64,000 nt of DNA from a virus. The notes below the pieces were generated by a model. The model saw nothing but the letters and a program-made list of their open reading frames with translations, was not told where the DNA came from and made no database searches. Made by a program: the position numbers and the translations under genes. The stretch lies in the IMG/VR virus record IMGVR_UViG_3300002835_000017; one strand, written 5' to 3'. Of this stretch, positions 58,201-64,000 are shown in pieces. Each line of letters begins with the position of its first letter. The first letter of the stretch is position 1.

Positions 58201-60241
58201 TAGAACCAGACGAGTATTCGATATTTAATTCATCCGTAGTTATTAACGATGAACTTAAATATAGTGATACTAACTCATTAGAAGATGTGGAACCACTTAA
58301 TATTATATTATCTAATGATTCGTAATTAGTAGATTGTCCTTTTACAAAGTCTACATCAATTGTAAAATTTGGTCCTTTTATTGGTGGACAACTTACATCA
58401 TTATTTTCTGTTAATACAACCGTTTCAATTAAAGGATTACTCATTAATTTTGTAATCCAGAATGTTGAATTATTCTGTATATTAGCAGGTAATGGTGAAT
58501 ATAGTTTTAATATAATTGAATTAACAACATCATTTGGAGCAACAAATGTATTACCTAAATTATCTGTAGACTTTTTAGATAATGTAAAATCATCAGTTTC
58601 CCAAGATGAAATTATAATTTGCTCATCGTTTCCAAAATTAGCAAGGTGTGTTAGATACTTACTTTCTTTTGAAGGTTCATCGATTTTTAATTTTTCAGAA
58701 AAAGCATTAAATAAAGCGTTAGTAATTATATCTTCATTTAATGAAAGTGTTGGTAGTGTTAATTTTGTCAACACTTCGTATTCATTACCAATTAACTCCT
58801 CTGCTCCACTTCGATTATATGGTTTTAGTATTAATGTTATATTAGTACTACCAACCCAGTTAGGATAATTTTCTCTTAATTTTTTAAGATTAATTTTTAT
58901 AGAACCGTTTGGTGGTTGATTACTTAATAATCCAATTTTACTACCATCTTTTTGTTTTAACCAAACATCAACTGATGAAACTGCAAAAGAGGAATATGAA
59001 ACTTCATAATCAATATTATAATCAGAAAACGATGGTACATCGATTGATTCTGCATATATGACTTCCGTAATAGCAGGGAAATCATTTATAGCAGTAAATG
59101 TTAAAATCACCTCAACTCTAGTTCCTGTTCCAAATTTTTTACTGGTTGGAACAAAAAATATTTTTTTAGAACCGTAAACCTCATTAAAATCTTTTTGAAA
59201 GAATATAGTTACTTCTTTGTCACTAGCTGGAATTTCTAAAACTTTATCAGCCGAAAGATATACTAAAACGGAATCTGCGAATTCAGTATTAAATGGAATT
59301 ACTATACTTTTTTCTGTATCCGAATCTTTTACATTAACATTATATTGTATTTGATTTAATACTACTGTAGGTGATTCGGATTTAATTTCTCTTTCAGCTT
59401 CAATTACAACACCTAAACCTGAATTTAATAATGATGCTGGTACTCTAAATGCATAATTTTGTTTTGTTAACCTATCGTAGTTAACAGAATCTGAACCAAA
59501 TTGTTGAGCAATTCCAGAATATATGTTTTTGATAAAAATACCATCTGGTACATTACCTTTAATTTCAAAGTTAACAAACCCCCCATCTAAAATATTTTTG
59601 GGTATTGTAGAAATTCTGTTATCATATAATTGCAATTCTCCATCTACAACTATATTATCTTCAAATACAATTTGATATTTTAAACTTAAAGTAGTTAATT
59701 CCTTTATATTAGAATTAAACAAAACTTCATAACCAACCATTGGATTATCAACGGTTACCACGTCTGCAGGTGGTGTTGGAAGTGTTTGAGTTCGTTGTAA
59801 TACCTCTGTTTTAAATCTTAAAGTTATTGTTCCGAAATTGAAGTTTTGGGTTTGTTGTTCTTCCCATACATCATCTATTAATGAATATTCTGTAACACCG
59901 ATTCCCTCAACTATTTCATTCGCAAATTGTAGTTGTTTAGTATTAATTATAAATTTTGATAATACTTTTCCATTATCTAAATTTGCAGTATAAGTTTTAG
60001 GACCATTAAATTGTAAAGATGAATTATATACAATATCAACGGATTTACCATATCCAGCAGATACACCTTCTTCAAAAAATTCTAAATCATTAGTTTCACT
60101 TACTAAATAAATTTTTAACGAAGATGGTGGGTTAGTTGGTCTATACGTGGGGGCATTGTAAGGACCAGTTTGACCTGTATTCCTAGTACTTCCGTTATTA
60201 TTAAAATCCGGATAAGCGTAAAGGCTTTCTTGTTCTGCCAT
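55265..60241 (-). CDS. Large baseplate protein with LamG-like domain
   Basis: 1658 aa; NLPYLLKHKGTRRGI wedge-like motif; GSVDEFRLW LamG motif; TATTTATA at 60259-60266. Confidence 0.65.
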   Translation of the reverse strand: MAEQESLYAYPDFNNNGSTRNTGQTGPYNAPTYRPTNPPSSLKIYLVSETNDLEFFEEGVSAGYGKSVDIVYNSSLQFNGPKTYTANLDNGKVLSKFIINTKQLQFANEIVEGIGVTEYSLIDDVWEEQQTQNFNFGTITLRFKTEVLQRTQTLPTPPADVVTVDNPMVGYEVLFNSNIKELTTLSLKYQIVFEDNIVVDGELQLYDNRISTIPKNILDGGFVNFEIKGNVPDGIFIKNIYSGIAQQFGSDSVNYDRLTKQNYAFRVPASLLNSGLGVVIEAEREIKSESPTVVLNQIQYNVNVKDSDTEKSIVIPFNTEFADSVLVYLSADKVLEIPASDKEVTIFFQKDFNEVYGSKKIFFVPTSKKFGTGTRVEVILTFTAINDFPAITEVIYAESIDVPSFSDYNIDYEVSYSSFAVSSVDVWLKQKDGSKIGLLSNQPPNGSIKINLKKLRENYPNWVGSTNITLILKPYNRSGAEELIGNEYEVLTKLTLPTLSLNEDIITNALFNAFSEKLKIDEPSKESKYLTHLANFGNDEQIIISSWETDDFTLSKKSTDNLGNTFVAPNDVVNSIILKLYSPLPANIQNNSTFWITKLMSNPLIETVVLTENNDVSCPPIKGPNFTIDVDFVKGQSTNYESLDNIILSGSTSSNELVSLYLSSSLITTDELNIEYSSGSTYLWENFVHFSSANERIDNFVYKIQLIELYETALSAANASQAHSGSLPSIQEAERQQLKKNQLINGFDGFEKFLYTSSSLSWPYNGANRRLSTSNEVKNWYNNIEELANIYDANNSNYVLNNIPQFIVNNDENESLLLFFSMIGHHFDNIYFHTKSIEKSRGLGYKAKDGISDKLLFDTLKSFSWDAKNLAADADLWSYVFGKDKEGNDKESNPAKQRTNEVWRRIVNNLPYLLKHKGTRRGIHALMACYGIPSSNLSILEFGGPEINDTSKSKLVIDNITTGLNMALTSSIQMEWKQTNNTSSLKPNTIELFVKPLESSQYTLISGSGWNVNLSGSTNSDYGKVKFNYSGSLSIETSTLPIFNGKFFGISVSSGSAGLKLDVRQADKERTIFQESISSSNYTNWNNGSTIRLGGNYIGSVDEFRLWSEVLDTERFYEHVSFPEMINGNSVSSSTDDLYFRLDFEYPKNLAQTSSLINVDTNIYFENGLTRNDYENGTTASLYSVNTTPLLSASAFNFPSISEYPFQFEVIDRTIVMDYPDGGASRFSTNKVRFEDQYTLTNQKISGSVGVDLSSKSRATKKAFDQSPTDSNRVGLFFSPTKELNMDIAKTFGGLNIDNYIGDPSDDYKPNYKSLDNLRNYYFQRFDNRDIYAYINLIKLYEKSMFEDLKKMLPARVKATTGLLIEPHFLERSKVVHKKPTADDYQKETEIKLSDTSVISFENIQKETLIDANLSENLTVENNQYEALISTASVNNLLAENYQQDSTIDMNSNFVFNSDYYQKEITIDADLGTPTIVTEIDIINSNQVIGQTEFETIGFGIYAQNGSAIRTYFNKDNRVVKERIKVQLVTEEKERIIQKFAITASANGLGDPRGGYVSDIQTYTETRLNIQPFGAPNSPTVGGNVIEVTNVNGYLPTHNKFTSDLTRGLQNSFFKGSKNTAATTLDGSSPIETFISNPNTLKVNKTGRDSSEPILEVE

Positions 60242-60279
60242 TATTTGTTTTTATTTTATATAAATACTTTAATATTATT

Positions 60280-61581
60280 TTATTTGATTGCACCTCTTGG
60301 TCTCGGTGTAGGAGAAATTCCAGGATTAAATTGTCCAGTTTGTCCTCTAGTATCTTCAACTAAACCTGTTTCAGATGGTATAGTTTGTTCACCAGTTCCT
60401 CCTCCTGTTGAAGTTGGAGTAGTATCCGTTGGTGGATTATATTCTGGTACTGTTACAGGAGCCTTCTCTTCTACTACAGGTATTTTTGGAGGAGGTTGTA
60501 ATGCAGGTGGTTGTGGTGGTATAACTTCAACTGGAGTAGGTGGAGTTACATTTGGAATACCTTCAAATGATACTGCCACTAATTCTGGAGAATACACATT
60601 TCTTACAATTTCTACTTTAGTATCGTACGCTTGAACTAAATTTTCAATCTGTTTTTTAACTTCCTCTACCCCAAATTCAACAGGTAACTTTTCATATTTT
60701 ACAACTCTTCTATTTAATGTTTTTATATTAAATGTTATAGAATTATTTAAAATGTTTTTTATTTCATTTAATAAATAATTAAAATCATATTGGTCACAAT
60801 CATCAAATCTTTTTTCAGATGGAGACCCGAATGTGGATTGAGCAATATCATAGTTTTTATTGTTTAACCAATATACAACACTATCTCTAAAATCTGTAAA
60901 TATTTTAGTCTTAAATGCATTAAAATTACTTAATCCAAAATCTTTTTTAAGAACTGATTGAAAATCATTTCCAAATTTTGCTACCAATGCATCATCTATA
61001 GATTGTAAAGATGTTCTTTCAAACGCATCCAACCCATCTAATATATTTTTTTTATAATATTTAAAATCTCTATTTAGATTGTTTAAGTTTAAAAATTGTT
61101 TAGTATTAGTTGCGTTTATTTCAGAACTATTGGTTTTTAATGGTATAATACGAACCTCTTCTCTTGATGGAGATATTTCATGTATCCAAACTCTTTCTAA
61201 TTCATTTTCACTACCAACTCTACTACGAACGAAATTAATATTAACTTTAAGAATACCGTTTGTAAACCCTAAATCATTTAATAATTTTTCAATATTAATA
61301 GCAAGTTCTTTTTTCCCCAATGTATTAGTAAGTGAATACATATATGAACCTATGCTATTTTTTTTTATGTATGCAACATTTTTTCCTGATTTTTGGGGTA
61401 AAAGTATATTATTAATATCGTATACAGATACTTCCATCACATCATACTTACACTCACCAAATTCGGTTTCTTGTTTTTCGTTTTTTGTAACAATAAACAA
61501 ATCTTCTGCAAGGAGAAACTGCCCTTCATTGGTTGAATTTGAATTTATGCTATCAAAATTTGTATATTTTCTAATACTCAT
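60280..61581 (-). CDS. Hypothetical structural protein with Pro-rich tail
   Basis: 433 aa; EISPSREEVRI; P/T-rich C-terminus. Confidence 0.55.
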   Translation of the reverse strand: MSIRKYTNFDSINSNSTNEGQFLLAEDLFIVTKNEKQETEFGECKYDVMEVSVYDINNILLPQKSGKNVAYIKKNSIGSYMYSLTNTLGKKELAINIEKLLNDLGFTNGILKVNINFVRSRVGSENELERVWIHEISPSREEVRIIPLKTNSSEINATNTKQFLNLNNLNRDFKYYKKNILDGLDAFERTSLQSIDDALVAKFGNDFQSVLKKDFGLSNFNAFKTKIFTDFRDSVVYWLNNKNYDIAQSTFGSPSEKRFDDCDQYDFNYLLNEIKNILNNSITFNIKTLNRRVVKYEKLPVEFGVEEVKKQIENLVQAYDTKVEIVRNVYSPELVAVSFEGIPNVTPPTPVEVIPPQPPALQPPPKIPVVEEKAPVTVPEYNPPTDTTPTSTGGGTGEQTIPSETGLVEDTRGQTGQFNPGISPTPRPRGAIK

Positions 61582-61592
61582 AGTTTAATATA

Positions 61593-62744
61593 TTAATATG
61601 AACCTGGATTTGCTTTTACAATATTACATGGATATTCTTTAAATTCAGTTGTACCATCTTTTTTAGTTGCAATAACTTTTATAGTTCCTTTATATTCCGT
61701 TGTATTACCCCATCCCCATGGCCATTTTTCTTCTGATTCAGCCCTTTTTGGTACTGCGTTTGCATTTATTTTAAAGTCAATAGTTTCATTTCCACCACCA
61801 GCTAAATCAAAATTATTCTTCGGCACGGTTACCCAATTCCAATTATTGGCTAATTTAAGTTGAAATGTTATATTTACAGGTTGAGTATCGTTGTTTGTTA
61901 TAGCCAACTGACCACCTGCCTCCCATTTGGTTGAGTTATAATCCTTCGCATTAATTTTACCAGCCAATCCTTTTGTTATATCGGTTCTAGTTGTTGCACC
62001 TGACCACTTAATGATTGTGGTTTTAACTAAAATATCACCACCACTTGCTAACGCAGTATTAGATGCCGATTGTTGAATAGCCTGTTGTTGTTGAACTGCG
62101 CCTAATTGAGATTGTAAACCTTCTATAATTGAATTTAATGAATCAATCTGTTTAATCAATGCTTCAATTTGTGCTTTAAATCCTGCGTTTTGAGATTGTA
62201 AAGATGCTCTTAAAATAGATTCATCTACTGATTTTTGCACTGCAGATTGTATCTGTGTTGCAAATTGCTCAATCACTTTTGATAACGCATCCAGTTGATT
62301 AGCCAATACATCATTGGTTTGCTCTATTGATAATCGTTTATTAGTTTCAGATAGTACTTTAGATGTTAACGTATTGATTTCAGAATTTAAAACTTCAATA
62401 TCTGTTGTTAATTTTTCGACTTGTTTTCTTAAATCTCTATTAGCAACAACCTCATCATCATATAGTGGTTTAGGTACTAAATTAAGGTTTACTTCAGGAA
62501 TATTTGGCTTTAATTCCTTAACTTCAGTATCAATTGCTTTTAAAAGTTCAACATTATCTAGTTTGGATATAACTAAAGGTTTAAACACTAAAGATGATGC
62601 TACATTATCTTCATTAACTACGGTTACACCATATTCATTTTTAGAAACTGCGGCAGAACCTGATACTTTTAGAATATTTTCTAAATCAGTATTTCTTTTT
62701 TCTTCCAATTTTAATGCAATTGCTTCTAATGATGTTAATGCCAT
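61593..62744 (-). CDS. Coiled-coil protein with C-terminal Ig-like domain
   Basis: Heptad-rich central region followed by beta-rich C-terminus. Confidence 0.55.
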   Translation of the reverse strand: MALTSLEAIALKLEEKRNTDLENILKVSGSAAVSKNEYGVTVVNEDNVASSLVFKPLVISKLDNVELLKAIDTEVKELKPNIPEVNLNLVPKPLYDDEVVANRDLRKQVEKLTTDIEVLNSEINTLTSKVLSETNKRLSIEQTNDVLANQLDALSKVIEQFATQIQSAVQKSVDESILRASLQSQNAGFKAQIEALIKQIDSLNSIIEGLQSQLGAVQQQQAIQQSASNTALASGGDILVKTTIIKWSGATTRTDITKGLAGKINAKDYNSTKWEAGGQLAITNNDTQPVNITFQLKLANNWNWVTVPKNNFDLAGGGNETIDFKINANAVPKRAESEEKWPWGWGNTTEYKGTIKVIATKKDGTTEFKEYPCNIVKANPGSY

Positions 62745-62746
62745 TA

Positions 62747-63808
62747 TTATACTATTTGAAATGTTAATTTATCATCAATTATAGTAGATATTTCACCATC
62801 AATTATTTTTAATTTTAATCTATATGTTCTATACAATGGTAGTGTATTTAAATCTAAAATAAAATAATTGGATGTATTATCACATGAAATTTTAGTATAT
62901 TCTCCAAATGGATATATAACATCATCTGTTACATAATCTTCCAATTGATAATATGATGTTGTAGGTAAATATTTTGATTGGTCATATTCAAATGTTGTTG
63001 AAAATGACTTTAAAGGAAACATATCTCTACCTTTAATTCTAATTTTTATCTTACTATCTTTACTATATTCCGTTTTTAAATTGGTAATAATTACTTTATA
63101 ATCATCTTGAGCAGAACCAGTAACTGGTAATAAACTGCCTGTTACAAATGATACATCATTCCAAACTACTTCTAATTTTGGCTCATATATAGTAGTAGTT
63201 TCTTTAGAAAAGAATTTCAATACACCATAATCTAATGCATTTTCTTCGTTTTCTAATCCATGATGTACAATAAATCCATTATTTGGTATAGAACCACTTA
63301 ACCAGCTATTAACTATACCTGTCACATTAATTCTGATATCAGCATCTTCATAGTTATAAGATTGAGATGCTTGAGATGCAGTATACCACGTTCCCCCTTC
63401 CGCGTTTGCAGAACCAGTTGTTCCTGGCGTAAATACCGCAGTTCCTGCAGTAACATTATCTTGCCAAGTATCAACACCATTTCGGTATTTCCAACTTACA
63501 CCATCCGATGTAATATTATCAAATTTAGTACCCGTTCCCATTGTCCAACTTTGCGAAACTGCGTTCGCGTGTATTGTATATTCTAAAGGAATTTCTTCTG
63601 CTTGAGAAGATTTTAGATTTAAATAAACAATAGAACCACTTGGGATTCCCATATTAGCTACATCAAATTTTATTAAGGTTCTAGCTATATCTTTAGCGGA
63701 ACCATAATATAATTTACCAACCTCTAATATCTCATCTCTACCTGCATTTTGGTCTGGTTGTTGTAAGTAGATACTGGCATCGAACGATGATGTGAATAAT
63801 TTATGCAT
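62747..63808 (-). CDS. Structural protein with DNRLRE/CBM96-like domain
   Basis: DASIY, RTLIKFD, VSQSW..G, NNGFIV, FFSKE..PKLEV. Confidence 0.6.
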   Translation of the reverse strand: MHKLFTSSFDASIYLQQPDQNAGRDEILEVGKLYYGSAKDIARTLIKFDVANMGIPSGSIVYLNLKSSQAEEIPLEYTIHANAVSQSWTMGTGTKFDNITSDGVSWKYRNGVDTWQDNVTAGTAVFTPGTTGSANAEGGTWYTASQASQSYNYEDADIRINVTGIVNSWLSGSIPNNGFIVHHGLENEENALDYGVLKFFSKETTTIYEPKLEVVWNDVSFVTGSLLPVTGSAQDDYKVIITNLKTEYSKDSKIKIRIKGRDMFPLKSFSTTFEYDQSKYLPTTSYYQLEDYVTDDVIYPFGEYTKISCDNTSNYFILDLNTLPLYRTYRLKLKIIDGEISTIIDDKLTFQIV

Positions 63809-63809
63809 A

Positions 63810-64000
63810 TTATAAAGCTCTTCCTTTTATATCTTTGTTAGGGTATTTTACTTCGAAAATGCAAGGGTCTAAAGATGGATATACTATCTTACCTCGAGTT
63901 GCTTCATCGATGTTGTATTTATTTGGTGAATAATTTCCATCTCCACCACATAAATTTGATATCTTTACGGATGGTACACTCATTACTCCTTCCACGTTTG
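63810..64000 (-). CDS. C-terminus of putative baseplate wedge protein (partial)
   Basis: VEGVMSV..IVYPSLDPCIFEVKYPNKDIKGR; frame open to the window edge. Confidence 0.55.
   Translation of the reverse strand, partial: NVEGVMSVPSVKISNLCGGDGNYSPNKYNIDEATRGKIVYPSLDPCIFEVKYPNKDIKGRAL

Noticed and set aside
721-63586. Other short plus-strand and nested ORFs in the track
   Set aside because: They lie antisense to or within long motif-bearing genes and show no recognisable motifs or promoters
1-64000. Stop-codon reassignment
   Set aside because: Genes are full length and tightly packed under the standard code; TAA, TAG and TGA all end genes
1-64000. tRNA/rRNA genes, integrase, transposase, reverse transcriptase/DGR
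   Set aside because: Intergenic gaps are short, and no such motifs or template/variable repeat pairs were seen by eye

Overview
A very AT-rich segment of a large tailed dsDNA phage with T4-like head and baseplate genes. It uses the standard genetic code, and all genes but one small regulator lie on the minus strand. In transcription order (right to left) it holds: baseplate/tail structural genes (64000-52097); an inserted replication/recombination block (T7 endonuclease I-like resolvase, primase, a single-chain Mre11-Rad50 fusion, a 2OG-Fe(II) oxygenase); a 1753-aa tail fibre with collagen and other repeats plus an S74 chaperone; a ~26 kb glycan synthesis/modification island (14057-40331); a 1835-aa modular protein; terminase; portal; and putative internal head proteins. 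TTG-N20-TAnnTTTG-type promoters and the lack of obvious Shine-Dalgarno sites suggest a Bacteroidota host. A sense-strand TATTTATA motif is the likely phage late promoter. The two best candidates for new biology are both inferences: (1) a phage-encoded virion O-glycosylation system, pairing eukaryote-like GT7 enzymes with inserted LamG domains and a branched-sugar pathway with a [S/T]-G-S motif enriched in structural proteins; (2) capsid-packaged polyproteins whose modules (NMNAT-like, membrane, zincin, ligase-like) are separated by prohead-protease-type x-x-E sites. All family calls are from motif recognition by eye; no database searches were run.
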